From Paraburkholderia sp. (GTDB lineage: Bacteria > Pseudomonadota > Gammaproteobacteria > Burkholderiales > Burkholderiaceae), in the NCBI RefSeq assembly GCF_034668105.1, contig NZ_JAXDPY010000636.1, forward strand, positions 1-42,259: a stretch of 42,259 bases of DNA, given 5' to 3'. Shown in pieces: positions 9,471 through 19,689 of the stretch. Position 1 is the first letter of the stretch, and the number at the start of each line of letters is the position of its first letter. A program made the translations under genes and the position numbers. The notes beneath the pieces were generated by a model. The model saw only the letters and a list, made by a program, of their open reading frames with translations, was not told the DNA's origin and did no database searches.

Positions 9471-10478
9471 TCACTGCACAGCATCACCCGCGTAATCCCT
9501 CTGCCCGCGCAGACGCTTCACAATCCGGCCAAACGCGAGCCACTGCTGCGCGATCAATCCGTCGCCATACGAGCGGCCTGAGCCTTGCGGCGCGGGTAGC
9601 TGGTCGCGAATGCCGGTCTCCTCGACGGTGGGGTTCCATGAAGCGGTGCGGAACATCATGTCCCACCATGGAAACAGCACGCCGAAATTGCAGCCGTAAG
9701 CCGTGCCTTCGTGGCCGTAGCCTACCGCGTGGTGGCGGCGGTGAAAGATCGGACTGACGACGATGCGCTCGAGCAGCCAGCCATACGGCAGGCGTGCATT
9801 GACGTGCTGAATGCTCTGCATCAAATTGCTGACCGCGACCAGCACCACGAACTGGCTCGGTTGCACGCCGATAAACAGCGAGATCGCCGCGAAGAACGCC
9901 GCCTGGATCATGTCGTCGAGAAAGTGGTTGCGGTCATCGGCCCACAGCGACATCTGCTGCTGGCTGTGATGCACCGCATGCAGTTCCCACCACACGCCGA
10001 AACGATGCTGCCAGCGGTGATACCAGTAGCCGGCAAAATCGAGCGCGATCAGGTAGATCAGGAACGACACGACCGGCTGATCCGTCACGCCTGGCCAGAG
10101 GCTGTCGACATCGATGTTCGGTATGCCGTAGATCGATATCAGGCTCTGCCAGTGAAAGAACAGCGGTTGCAACAGGAAGAAGAACGCCATGTTGATGATG
10201 CCGAGCTTGGCGATCCATGTGTAGATCACGTCCGCGCGCAGTGCCTTGCGATCCTGCCACTGCTCGATGGGACGCAGCGCTTCAAGCGGCCGTAACGCGA
10301 CATACATCACGACGATTTCCAGCACGCCGATGATCACCCAGTACAGTGCGTCATAGGTGTCTTCGTCGTAACCCATCAAGCCGAAGCGATAAAAGAGTGG
10401 CTGCACCACGTCGACATATAGCTGCGTCTGCAGCACGGACACCATATTGTCGAGTTGGGCGACGATTTCGTGAAACAT
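9471..10478 (-). CDS. Sterol desaturase/fatty acid hydroxylase family membrane protein
   Basis: His boxes YWYHRWQH, HAVHHS, FHRRHH, then CNFGVLFPWWDMMFRT; several TM helices. Confidence 0.88.
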   Translation of the reverse strand: MFHEIVAQLDNMVSVLQTQLYVDVVQPLFYRFGLMGYDEDTYDALYWVIIGVLEIVVMYVALRPLEALRPIEQWQDRKALRADVIYTWIAKLGIINMAFFFLLQPLFFHWQSLISIYGIPNIDVDSLWPGVTDQPVVSFLIYLIALDFAGYWYHRWQHRFGVWWELHAVHHSQQQMSLWADDRNHFLDDMIQAAFFAAISLFIGVQPSQFVVLVAVSNLMQSIQHVNARLPYGWLLERIVVSPIFHRRHHAVGYGHEGTAYGCNFGVLFPWWDMMFRTASWNPTVEETGIRDQLPAPQGSGRSYGDGLIAQQWLAFGRIVKRLRGQRDYAGDAVQ

Positions 10479-10545
10479 CAAAAGCCTCGTGTTTTACCAG
10501 TTCTTAAGGTGCGAGTGCGCGGCCGGTTGAAAGGACTTGCGCGGC

Positions 10546-11571
10546 CTAGTCCGGATTAGGCGACACGACCGGCGCACGGTTGTCGAAAAAGATGCCGTGC
10601 GGCGAGCGGCCCACCGCAATAGTGTCAACCAGCTTGCGGGTAGTCATATCGATGACGCCCACATGCCTCGCGAAGCGGAATCCCACCCATAGATAGCGCT
10701 TGTCAGGGGTTAGTTCCATATCGTCGGGGCCGGCCATCAAGCCGGTGATATCGCCGGCATTCGTGAGCGTGGTGTAGTCGATCACGCTAATGGTGCTGTC
10801 GACGCGATTGGAGACCACGACATGCTTGCCGTCGTCGAGGTTGCGGAAGTTGTGGGCACCACGGCCCGTATGGATCTTCTTGACGATCTGCTGCTTGTGC
10901 CAATCCACCACGGTCACGTCGTCTTCGCCGGTCATGCCGACCAGCAGATAGTGTTCGCCAGGAACCATCCACAAACCCGCGGGCTGATTGCCCACGTGCA
11001 TTTTCCACAGCACTGTCTGGGTCGGCAGGTCAATCGCCGCGAGTTCTCCGGAATCCTGCAGCGTGACGAAAACGGTGCGGTTGTCGGAAGAGAACGTCAT
11101 GTGGCTAGGCGTCTTCGACAGTTCGATATGCTTGGCCAGCGCCATGGTGGTGCCGTCGTAGTGATAGATGTCGACGCGGTCCATACGCAGCGCAGCCGTG
11201 ACGAACCATTTGTGATCCGGAGAGAAGCCGAGTTGGTACGGGTCTTCAATGCCCTCCACGGTGCGTTGCAACTTACCGCTGTGCGGGTCGACGAACATCA
11301 GATTGTTCGACACCGAATCAGCAACGATCAGAGAGCGCCCGTCCGGCGTGATCATCAGATGGTGGGGTTCCTTGCCGGTCGGCTCCGTGCCGACGACTTT
11401 GTGCGTGGCCTCGTCGATCAGCGTCAGTTGCGCTTCACCGGAATCGAGCACGATCACGCTATCAGCGGCATTCGCGCAATTCGTCACGGCCAGCATGCCG
11501 CACAGCGATGCGGCGAGCGCTCCGATCCTTGTAATGGAAACGATAGAAAATGGCATGTGGATCGTATTCAC
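10546..11571 (-). CDS. Secreted YVTN/YncE beta-propeller protein
   Basis: Signal peptide and repeated blades (TGKEPHHL, VGNQPAGL, TGRGAHNF, VGRSPHGI); exact start uncertain. Confidence 0.85.
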   Translation of the reverse strand: MNTIHMPFSIVSITRIGALAASLCGMLAVTNCANAADSVIVLDSGEAQLTLIDEATHKVVGTEPTGKEPHHLMITPDGRSLIVADSVSNNLMFVDPHSGKLQRTVEGIEDPYQLGFSPDHKWFVTAALRMDRVDIYHYDGTTMALAKHIELSKTPSHMTFSSDNRTVFVTLQDSGELAAIDLPTQTVLWKMHVGNQPAGLWMVPGEHYLLVGMTGEDDVTVVDWHKQQIVKKIHTGRGAHNFRNLDDGKHVVVSNRVDSTISVIDYTTLTNAGDITGLMAGPDDMELTPDKRYLWVGFRFARHVGVIDMTTRKLVDTIAVGRSPHGIFFDNRAPVVSPNPD

Positions 11572-12095
11572 GCGGAAAAATACAGGGGGTTGAATGTAAG
11601 AGGAATGTCGGACGTTCGTCCTTCGCGCTCGACACTGTCACCCTTCTAACGTTTGGATCGCCGCCACCGATGACATGTCAGGCGGGGCCAGATGCACAAA
11701 TCCGAGGGCAACCAGGCAATCGAACATGCATGGTAGCGCCGCGGAATTACAATTTCCGAAGACTGACGTGACATCGTGTGCGCGCTTCAGGCACGAGATT
11801 GGAGCGGGTCTCATGTACCTGGCGAAAACGCGTAATGCCTGCTGTCGTGAACACCCCGCTGGACGCCCGGCGGATGCGTGAAACCGGCCATGAAGCGCGG
11901 TCCCGATGTCGGATTGAAAGGCTGACACTCCGCATCAATCCATCGCCAGGTATGTAATGCGACACATAGCCGCAGCGAGGTCGCGCGTGACTATTTCGTG
12001 TGGGTTGGGTGGTCTTCGAGCGCAGCGGCCGCCGCCGTCGTGAACGGGCAGCATAAGCAAAACCGTCGCGAACCTGATCTCGCCGCAACGCGACG

Positions 12096-12479
12096 TCACC
12101 CGATCGGCTGAACCCATTGACTGCGCCAGGCCGGTGCTTCAAACGGCTCGGAAAAATACTGGGTCTCGTGAACGACCTTGCCGTTGCGGAATTCCATAAT
12201 GCTGACCGTGTAAGCCGCTTGCCCCGTATAGACGATGCTGTATTCCGTGATCCAGAGATTGCCCTCCCCTTGAATCCGCCTGACATCGAACCCTGACGGC
12301 TTAGCGGGATGATGGCCTCGCAGTGCCTGCAAATCAATTCGCCCAACGATCCGTTCGCGTGATTGCGGATAGTCACAGATGACATCGTCGTCGTAAATAT
12401 CGTGTTCCGCGTCGAGATCGCCGGCCGCCGACGCATGCCAGTGCGCATTCAGCGCTTCACGTATTTGTTCTTCCTGCAT
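12096..12479 (-). CDS. SnoaL/NTF2-like protein
   Basis: EHDIYDDDVICDYPQSRERIVGR..VSIMEFRNGKVVHETQYFSEPF; GGAGG RBS. Confidence 0.8.
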   Translation of the reverse strand: MQEEQIREALNAHWHASAAGDLDAEHDIYDDDVICDYPQSRERIVGRIDLQALRGHHPAKPSGFDVRRIQGEGNLWITEYSIVYTGQAAYTVSIMEFRNGKVVHETQYFSEPFEAPAWRSQWVQPIG

Positions 12480-12744
12480 GGCGTGCCTCCCGATACGGTT
12501 CGCATCAATCTATCGTGTACTTTGCAGACTACCCCCCAGCTGACGGTTTTGACGACTTCGTTGAAGCAGCATGGGTAGTGGTAGCTCAATGGTGACTTCG
12601 TGAGTCGGCCACGCTTTAAAGTAGTAAAACTAGCGTAATCCACGCTATTCGCGAGTGCCGAATGAATATCGGACAAAAGGCAGGCGCATTCAGATCGCGT
12701 GGCGCGAACAATACGCGATCGCTGGGTAGTGGATGACTGCGCGG

Positions 12745-12890
12745 ATTCGACCGTTCACGCTCGACATACCGAACGAGGTCGCCCTGCTCTATCCGCAGTA
12801 CCAGGCCCAGACGCGCCTCGTCACCGCGTTTTCGGAAATCGCACGGCCGGTCATCCGTAATGAGATGGCATTGCTAAGGAAAGCGGTCTC
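12745..12890 (+). pseudogene. Possible LysR substrate-binding-domain C-terminal fragment
   Basis: IRPFTLDIPNEVALLYP..TRLVTAF resembles the end of a LysR domain; there is no start or HTH. Confidence 0.35.
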
Positions 12891-12946
12891 CTGGCAACGG
12901 GCATTCACGGAAGAGAATGGGCGGGTGACGCGCATTCCATGGTCAG

Positions 12947-13720
12947 CTATCGCGCGTTCAGGTAGGCGGTTGGCGCGATGCCGAGCGTCCGCCGGAACAT
13001 CGCGGAGTAGGCGCTGGGACTGTCATAGCCATGCTCCAGCGCGACCTGCAACACCGACACGCCCGCGGCGAGACGCGGCAGGCTTAGCAACAGGCGCATG
13101 CGGCGCAGCCACTGCCCGAAGCTCATGCCGAGTTCGCGATGGAACAGGCGCGCGAGCGTTCGCTCGCTGACGTTGATCCCGGCGGCAAGATCCGCGAGTG
13201 TCACCGCCGCGGAAGGGCTTGCGACCAGCTGCTCGCACAGAAGCATGAGCCGCGCGTCTTGCGGCATAGGCACATGCAACTGCAGCCGTGGGGCGGTCTC
13301 GAGCTCGTCGAGAATCAGCTCCATGACGCGGTGATCCCTGCCGCCGAACGCGTAGTCCAGCGGTATGCGCGTCGCGACGACGATTGCCTCGCGCAGAAAC
13401 GGCGATACTTCAATGACCTCACAGCCGCCCGGCAGGCTCGTGCGGGCGTCAGGGGCCACATAGACGGTGCGCATGCCGACGCCGCCGAAGAAACGCACGG
13501 CATGGTCGGACCCGGCCGGCATCCACACGGCGCGGCCCGCCGGCACGATCCAACTCCCGTGTTCGCTCATGACCGTCATCACGCCGGTCAGCGCATGAAT
13601 CAGCTGCGCACGCAGGTGGCGGTGCGGAGCGATGTAAAAGCCATGCGGATAATCGCTTGCCAGGGCCGCGATCGCGCGGGGCGAGCGGTGGCAATCCTCG
13701 ATGGTGCGAAAACTGTCCAT
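12947..13720 (-). CDS. AraC-family regulator with N-terminal cupin (NimR-like)
   Basis: PHRHLRAQLIHA..GSWIVPAGRAVWMP cupin; SERTLARLF..GMSFGQW..VALEHGYDSPSAYSAMFRR HTH. Divergent from the efflux operon. Confidence 0.9.
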   Translation of the reverse strand: MDSFRTIEDCHRSPRAIAALASDYPHGFYIAPHRHLRAQLIHALTGVMTVMSEHGSWIVPAGRAVWMPAGSDHAVRFFGGVGMRTVYVAPDARTSLPGGCEVIEVSPFLREAIVVATRIPLDYAFGGRDHRVMELILDELETAPRLQLHVPMPQDARLMLLCEQLVASPSAAVTLADLAAGINVSERTLARLFHRELGMSFGQWLRRMRLLLSLPRLAAGVSVLQVALEHGYDSPSAYSAMFRRTLGIAPTAYLNAR

Positions 13721-14041
13721 AGTGCGACGAATGCAGCTATTCCGAAGTCGGAAGACTGAGTAAAAAATGGTTAAAGGGTTGTCCGTCTTGCGACGAACGT
13801 TGGCATTTTTGAACGAGATGGCCGAGGTTGGAGTTGCTAAAGTAAGGGTAATCCACTACACACCCTGAGTATAAGCCGTGCCGAGTTCGCGTCGAAATCT
13901 GTTCGCCACTATCTGGTCCCTGTTTAAGCCTATCTGTGGCGGCGTCGGGCTCACGGCAGTATTCGGCCTCACCCACGATTCTGTGGCGGCGGGCCAAGGC
14001 GTGACGGCCAGGGCTTCGTTCGCGCTTGCCGCCCCCTCAGT

Positions 14042-15634
14042 ATGACGCCCGCCGAAGTTTTGGCACCCGCGCCGAGCCAGCGGGCGCCGGTGGCGCCTGC
14101 TCCGCTCGCGCCGCCCGCGCCACCCGCTTTCGGGCTTCGGATTGCGATCGGACTGGTGGGCATGCTGCTCACTTCGCTCGCGGCCGGGCTGAACGAGCAT
14201 GTCACCGAAGTGGCGATGATCGACGTGCGCGGCGCACTCTCGATCGGCCACGACGAGGGAACCTGGCTGACCGCGCTCTTTGAGGCCACCAACGTCTCGG
14301 CCATGGCGTTCGCGCCCTGGTGCTCGATCACCTTTTCGCTGCGGCGTTTCACTATCGGCGCAACGCTGACGTTCGCGCTGCTGGGCCTGCTTTGCCCGTT
14401 CGCGCCCAATGTCGAGACGCTCGCTGTCCTGAGGGCGCTGCAGGGGCTGGCCGGGGGCTGCCTGCCGCCCATGCTGATGACCGCGGCGCTGCGCTACCTG
14501 CCGCCCAACATCAAGCTTTATGGACTCGCCGGCTACGCGCTCACCGCTACGTTCGGACCCAACCTGGGGACGCCTCTGGCCGCTTTCTGGACCGAATACG
14601 TCAATTGGCGCATGGTGTTCTGGCAGGTGGTGCCCCTTGGCCTCGTCAGCAGCGCGGCGATCGCGTATGGCCTGCCGCAGGATTCGCTAAGGCTGGAACG
14701 CCTGCGCTCGTTCAACTGGATTGGCTTGCTCACCGGCTTTCCCGCCATCTCGATGCTGGTGATCGGGCTGTACCAGGGCGACCGGCTGGATTGGCTGAAC
14801 TCGCCGCTGATCTGCGTCATGCTCGGTGGAGGAGGCCTGCTGTTTTGCTTGTTCCTGTTGAACGAGTGGTCGCACCCGCTGCCTTTCTTCAAGCTGCGGA
14901 TGTTGGCCCAACGCAATTTCACGCATTCGCTGGTCACGCTTGCCGGCGTGCTGGTGGTGCTCCTGGGCGTGGCCGTCATTCCCAGCGACTATCTCGCCGA
15001 GGTGCGCGGCTATCGGCCGCTGCAGACCGCGCCGCTGGCGCTGGTGGTGGCGCTGCCTCAACTCATCGCGTTACCTGTTACGGCTGCGATCCTCAACCTC
15101 GAACGCGTCGATTGCCGCTGGGTGCTGGGGCTTGGTCTCGCCCTGATGGCGACCTCTTGCGTGCTCGGCAGCTTCATGACCTCGGACTGGGTGCGCGAGA
15201 ACTTCTACTTGCTCCAGGCGCTTCTGACGGCCGGCGAGCCGATGGCCGTGATCCCGCTGCTGATGGAAGTGACAACCGGCCTGTCGCCAACCGAGGGCCC
15301 ATTCGCCTCGGCCATGTTCAACATGGTGAAGGGCTTCGCCGCGGCGGTCGGCACCGCCCTGGTGGAAGGGCTGGGTACCGCGCGCGAGCACTACCATTCC
15401 GTGATGCTCGTCGACCGGCTGGGCGGCGAGCCGTTGGTCGCCGGGCAAGACGCCGCCCGCACGGGGACGTTGGGCGATCTGGCCGGGCGGATTCACGCGC
15501 AGGCGGTCGTGCTCACGTCGGCCGACCTCTATCTCGTCATGGCGGCCATTGCCGTCGCACTTGTGCTGCTCGTTCCCATCGTGCCTGTGCGCGTTCGTCC
15601 GCCCCGCGCAGCCACGCAGACCACTTCCCGCTGA
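14042..15634 (+). CDS. DHA2/EmrB-like MFS efflux permease
   Basis: About 14 TM helices; LRALQGLAGG, TATFGPNLG, GDRLDWLNS. Confidence 0.88.
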   Translation: MTPAEVLAPAPSQRAPVAPAPLAPPAPPAFGLRIAIGLVGMLLTSLAAGLNEHVTEVAMIDVRGALSIGHDEGTWLTALFEATNVSAMAFAPWCSITFSLRRFTIGATLTFALLGLLCPFAPNVETLAVLRALQGLAGGCLPPMLMTAALRYLPPNIKLYGLAGYALTATFGPNLGTPLAAFWTEYVNWRMVFWQVVPLGLVSSAAIAYGLPQDSLRLERLRSFNWIGLLTGFPAISMLVIGLYQGDRLDWLNSPLICVMLGGGGLLFCLFLLNEWSHPLPFFKLRMLAQRNFTHSLVTLAGVLVVLLGVAVIPSDYLAEVRGYRPLQTAPLALVVALPQLIALPVTAAILNLERVDCRWVLGLGLALMATSCVLGSFMTSDWVRENFYLLQALLTAGEPMAVIPLLMEVTTGLSPTEGPFASAMFNMVKGFAAAVGTALVEGLGTAREHYHSVMLVDRLGGEPLVAGQDAARTGTLGDLAGRIHAQAVVLTSADLYLVMAAIAVALVLLVPIVPVRVRPPRAATQTTSR

Positions 15635-15645
15635 ACGCATCGAAC

Positions 15646-16719
15646 ATGTCATTACCAAGTCAACCATCCCGAAAGACGATCTTGCTGGGGGGCTTCGCCC
15701 TGCTATTGGTCGGTTGCGGCTGGGGTGGCACCAAGCTGGTCTCCACACCCGACGCCGAAACAACGAACGACGCCTACGTCAGCGCCGATTACACGCTCGT
15801 CGCGCCACGCGTGGCCGGCCAGATTGCCGAAGTGCTGGTCGATGACAATCAGGTGGTGAAGGCGGGCCAGCTGCTCGCCCGCATCGATGACCGGGATTAT
15901 CGCGCCGCGCTTGCCAGCGCTGAGGGGGACCTGAAAGTAGCGACGGCCGCTGTGGGTGATTTCGAAGCGCAGATTGCGCAACATCCCGCGCTCGTCGCAC
16001 AGGCGCAAGCAACCTTACGCTCCGACGAGGCCGCCATCGCCTTCGCGAGCGCCAATGCCACGCGCTACCGCGATCTCTCAGCGGGCGGTGCCGGCACGAT
16101 GGAGGAGCAACAGCACGCGGTGACCGCGCTCGACCAGCAGCAAGCCGGCCGGGACCGCGACCGCGCTGCGCTGCTTGCCGCGCAGCAGCAGCTCGACATC
16201 CTGCAGGCGGGGCGCGACAAGGCGCTCGGTGCGTTGGCACGCGCGCAGGCCGCGCTCGATCAGGCGAAGCTCAACCTCTCCTATACGGAAATCCGCGCGC
16301 CGATCGACGGTATGGTCGGCCAGCGCTCGGTCCGTGTGGGCGCATTCGTTGGCGCGGGTACCCCATTGCTGGCAGTGGTGCCGTTGTCGCAGGCCTATGT
16401 CATTGCTAATTTTCAGGAGAATCAGCTTGCCCGTATGCGCCAGCATCAGCCGGCGCGCATCACCGTGGACAGCTTTCCGGGCCTGGTCCTGAAGGGCCAT
16501 GTCGACAGCCTTGCGCCGGCGACGGGCGTCGCGTTCGCGCCAATTGCGCCCGACAACGCCACAGGCAACTTCACCAAGATCGTCCAACGCCTGCCGGTCA
16601 AGATCGTCATCGATCCAGGACAACCCGAGGCGGCGCGATTGCGCGTGGGTCTTTCCGTCGAACCGACTGTCAATGTCGCCGCACGCGAAACACCGGTCGA
16701 AGGGACGGGGAAAAATTGA
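15646..16719 (+). CDS. EmrA/HlyD-family periplasmic adaptor
   Basis: TNDAYV, VAPRVAGQIAEVLVDDNQVVKAGQLL, IRAPIDG, ANFQENQL, PDNATGNFTKIVQRLPVKI; ATG 15646 just after the MFS stop. Confidence 0.9.
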   Translation: MSLPSQPSRKTILLGGFALLLVGCGWGGTKLVSTPDAETTNDAYVSADYTLVAPRVAGQIAEVLVDDNQVVKAGQLLARIDDRDYRAALASAEGDLKVATAAVGDFEAQIAQHPALVAQAQATLRSDEAAIAFASANATRYRDLSAGGAGTMEEQQHAVTALDQQQAGRDRDRAALLAAQQQLDILQAGRDKALGALARAQAALDQAKLNLSYTEIRAPIDGMVGQRSVRVGAFVGAGTPLLAVVPLSQAYVIANFQENQLARMRQHQPARITVDSFPGLVLKGHVDSLAPATGVAFAPIAPDNATGNFTKIVQRLPVKIVIDPGQPEAARLRVGLSVEPTVNVAARETPVEGTGKN

Positions 16720-18314
16720 CGGCGCGCACTCTTTCCATTCGGGCTCCTCTGCTCGCCCTTCTGTCGGGTGCCGTGCTTGCCGGCTGCACGGTCGGACCGA
16801 ATTTCCAGCGGCCCAAGGTTACGGCGCCGACTGATTTCACCCGCGCCGACCACGCCCAGGCGCCGAGCCGGCCCGTGGAAGCAACGCTCGCACCCGAGTG
16901 GTGGTCCTTGTTGGGCGACCCTGAACTGGTCGCGTTGGAGTCGCGCCTCGCCACGGACAATTTCGACGTGCAGGCCGCCTCGGCGCGACTCCTGCAAAGC
17001 CGCGCCGGGTTGCGCGTCGCCGGTGCGGAGCAGTTTCCGACGATAGGCGGTGCGGCGTCCTACAATCGCGAGCAGGCGAGCCCGAACGGCATTGTTTCGT
17101 TGCTCGGCGTCAATCCTGCCGGAGCACAGCCCGAATCCGCGAGTGGCGACTCCGCATTCGGTGTCGCGAGCTTGCCGGGCACGAGCGGATCGCCGCCCTA
17201 CAACCTGTGGCAGTACGGCTTCGACGCGTCCTGGGAGTTGGACCTGTGGGGTCATGCCCGGCGCGGCGTGGAAGCAGCCGACGCGGCCATGCAGGCATCG
17301 GTTGAGGACCGCCGCGCTACCCTGCTTTCCGCGCAGGCCGAGCTCGCCCGCGACTATATCGAGTTGCGCGCCACCCAGACCCTGCTTGGCATCACGAACA
17401 AGAACCTCGCGCTAGCCCGCGACACGGTCAAGCTGACCCGCCTGCGGCTGACCGAGGGCGTCACGACCAACCTCGACGTCGCCAACGCAGCGGCGCAGGT
17501 TGCGTCGATCGAAGCGCGGCTGCCGCCGCTGCAAACGCGCCGCGATGCGCTGATCAACGCTTTAAGCTTTCTGCTCGGCGAAGAACCCGGTGCGCTCGGC
17601 CAGACGTTGGCGGACGCGCGCGACATTCCGTCCCTGCCGGTCCGCGCACCGATCGGCTTTCCGTCGGAACTCGCACGACGGCGGCCAGACATCCGGCGGG
17701 CGGAAGCCCAACTGCACGCCGCGACGGCAGAGATAGGCGTCGCGCAAGCTGATTTCTATCCTCAGATCTCGCTCACGGGCAGCCTCGGCTCTCAGTCGCT
17801 CCAGCTTTCCAGCCTGGGTGACTGGGCGTCACATCAGTTCGTTCTCGGTCCTTCCATCTCGTTGCCCATTTTCCAGGGCGGCAGACTCAAGGGCACGCTC
17901 GAACTGCGCAAGGCTCAGCAACAGGAAGCGGCGATCGTCTTCCAGCGGACGGTATTGCAGGCCTGGCATGAAGTGGATGACGCGCTGTCGGCCTACGATG
18001 GCGAGCAGCTTCGACGCGACCGGCTGCAGGAGGTGGTGCGGCAGGATCAGATCGCGCTCGCGGTCGCGCAGCAGCGCTATCGCGAAGGTGCGATCGATTT
18101 CCTCAACGTGCTCACCGTGCAGCGGGATCTGCTGAACGCCGAAAGCGATCTGGCGCAGAGCCGTGCAATCGCCTCAATCAATTTCGTCTCACTCTATAAG
18201 GCCCTCGGCGGTGGCTGGGAGACGGCGTTTCCGGAGGGGCCGCCGGCTGTGGAGCGCGCTGAATCCGTGCCACTGAAAACCGCGCATAGCGCGGCCATTG
18301 GATCCGGTTCGTAG
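16716..18314 (+). CDS. NodT/OprM-family outer-membrane efflux lipoprotein
   Basis: Lipobox LAGC-TVGPNF, SWELDLWG, PSELARRRPDIRRAE, LYKALGGGW; TTGA overlap with the adaptor stop. Confidence 0.92.
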   Translation: MTARTLSIRAPLLALLSGAVLAGCTVGPNFQRPKVTAPTDFTRADHAQAPSRPVEATLAPEWWSLLGDPELVALESRLATDNFDVQAASARLLQSRAGLRVAGAEQFPTIGGAASYNREQASPNGIVSLLGVNPAGAQPESASGDSAFGVASLPGTSGSPPYNLWQYGFDASWELDLWGHARRGVEAADAAMQASVEDRRATLLSAQAELARDYIELRATQTLLGITNKNLALARDTVKLTRLRLTEGVTTNLDVANAAAQVASIEARLPPLQTRRDALINALSFLLGEEPGALGQTLADARDIPSLPVRAPIGFPSELARRRPDIRRAEAQLHAATAEIGVAQADFYPQISLTGSLGSQSLQLSSLGDWASHQFVLGPSISLPIFQGGRLKGTLELRKAQQQEAAIVFQRTVLQAWHEVDDALSAYDGEQLRRDRLQEVVRQDQIALAVAQQRYREGAIDFLNVLTVQRDLLNAESDLAQSRAIASINFVSLYKALGGGWETAFPEGPPAVERAESVPLKTAHSAAIGSGS

Positions 18315-18444
18315 ATTGATCGTTGTCGAAGGGCCGCCTGGCCGCCAATGTTCGCAAGCTAATCAATTTATGATTGCGTATGCTATGGCGCTGCGAGGCG
18401 TGGTTCGCGCACGGCGCTTTTCTTTGCTTATGGAGTCACCGCAG

Positions 18445-18846
18445 ATGGATTCATCGACGAAATTCTGGATGGTTGAGGGTGCGCCTACGCCGGTCGGCCC
18501 CTTTTCTCATGCAACCGAGCAGCACGGCTGGATATTTCTCACTGGCCAGATGCCGACATCGCCTGACGATGACAACGCCCCGCTTCCCGAAGGCGTTGCC
18601 GCACAGACAACCCGGGTAATGGACAATCTGGTTCTCGTGTTAAAGGGGATCGGACTTGGGCTCGAAGATGTCGTCTCCGTGCGGATCTTTCTGACCGAGT
18701 TCAAACGGGATTACGCGACGATGAACGCGGTCTATGCTGCCTATTTTCCGCCGGAGAAATTGCCGGCGCGGACCTGCATCGGCGTGACTGGATTGGCGCG
18801 TGACGCGCTCGTCGAAATTGACTTTGTTGCTCATAGGCAGACTTGA
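18445..18846 (+). CDS. RidA/YjgF family protein
   Basis: APTPVGPFSHA, FLTGQ, MNAVYAAYF, PARTCIGVTGL, LVEID. Confidence 0.88.
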   Translation: MDSSTKFWMVEGAPTPVGPFSHATEQHGWIFLTGQMPTSPDDDNAPLPEGVAAQTTRVMDNLVLVLKGIGLGLEDVVSVRIFLTEFKRDYATMNAVYAAYFPPEKLPARTCIGVTGLARDALVEIDFVAHRQT

Positions 18847-18921
18847 GCCGCCGCTTGATATAGGTGTGCCGTTGTTATGCCGATGAATGTCGACCTCTTA
18901 CCGTGAGCGCCCCACATAACC

Positions 18922-19689
18922 ATGTTACCGATTGCCGACCGATGGTTCGAACTCAAACGCATCAGCGACGACATTACCCTGCTTTGGGAACCCCACGTCG
19001 TGCCGCTCATGCGCTGCAATATCTGGCACGTGCGCGGCCGCGACCGGGACCTGATGATCGACACGGGAATGGGTATCGTCAGTCTGCTGGATGCAGCGCG
19101 GCACCTGCTGCAAAACGACGTCACCGCCGTTGCCACCCATACGCACTCTGATCATATCGGCGGACATCATGAGTTCGAGCACACGCTGGTTCACGAGTTG
19201 GAGGCAGACAACCTGCGCTCGCCGCGTGAGCGAGGCACCCTTCTGGCGTCGGTGTTGGGAGACGCGGCAATTCGCCGGTATCGCGAAGCAGGTTATCCGT
19301 TCGACGGCGATCTGATCACGGCCCTTCCCAGCGCCGATTACGCGATGTCCGACTATCGCGTGCGTGCCGCAACGGTCACGGAAATCGTCAATGAAGGGAA
19401 CATTGTCGATCTCGGCAACCGGCATTTTGAAGTCCTGCATCTACCCGGCCACTCACCGGGCAGCATCGGCCTATGGGAAGCGGCATCCGGCACACTGTTC
19501 TCGGGCGATGCGATCTACGACGGCCCGTTGCTGGACGAGATAGGCGGTGCTGATATTCCGGCTTATGTGCGCACAATGAAGCGCTTGCGTGAATTGCCCG
19601 TGCAAGTGGTCCACGCCGGACACGACAGCAGCTTCGGGCGCGAACGACTGGTCGAGCTGGTGGATGCCTATCTGGCTAAACGCACCTGA
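18922..19689 (+). CDS. Metallo-beta-lactamase-fold hydrolase
   Basis: THTHSDHIGG (HxHxDH), PGHSPG, FSGD, HAGH. Confidence 0.9.
   Translation: MLPIADRWFELKRISDDITLLWEPHVVPLMRCNIWHVRGRDRDLMIDTGMGIVSLLDAARHLLQNDVTAVATHTHSDHIGGHHEFEHTLVHELEADNLRSPRERGTLLASVLGDAAIRRYREAGYPFDGDLITALPSADYAMSDYRVRAATVTEIVNEGNIVDLGNRHFEVLHLPGHSPGSIGLWEAASGTLFSGDAIYDGPLLDEIGGADIPAYVRTMKRLRELPVQVVHAGHDSSFGRERLVELVDAYLAKRT

Noticed and set aside
12575-12615. tRNA-like GGTAGCTCAATGGT
   Set aside because: No anticodon arm, T-loop (GTTCGA) or acceptor stem follows.
14320-16719. 799-aa ORF overlapping the MFS gene and running into emrA (possible frameshift fusion)
   Set aside because: This shifted frame places GC-rich third positions first, so stops are rare. 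The extension is Arg/Ala/Gly-rich noise, I saw no slippery site, and a normal ATG exists at 15646.
18922-19689. MBL-fold gene as an antibiotic-resistance beta-lactamase
   Set aside because: It has no signal peptide, and the generic HxHxDH fold does not indicate beta-lactam specificity.
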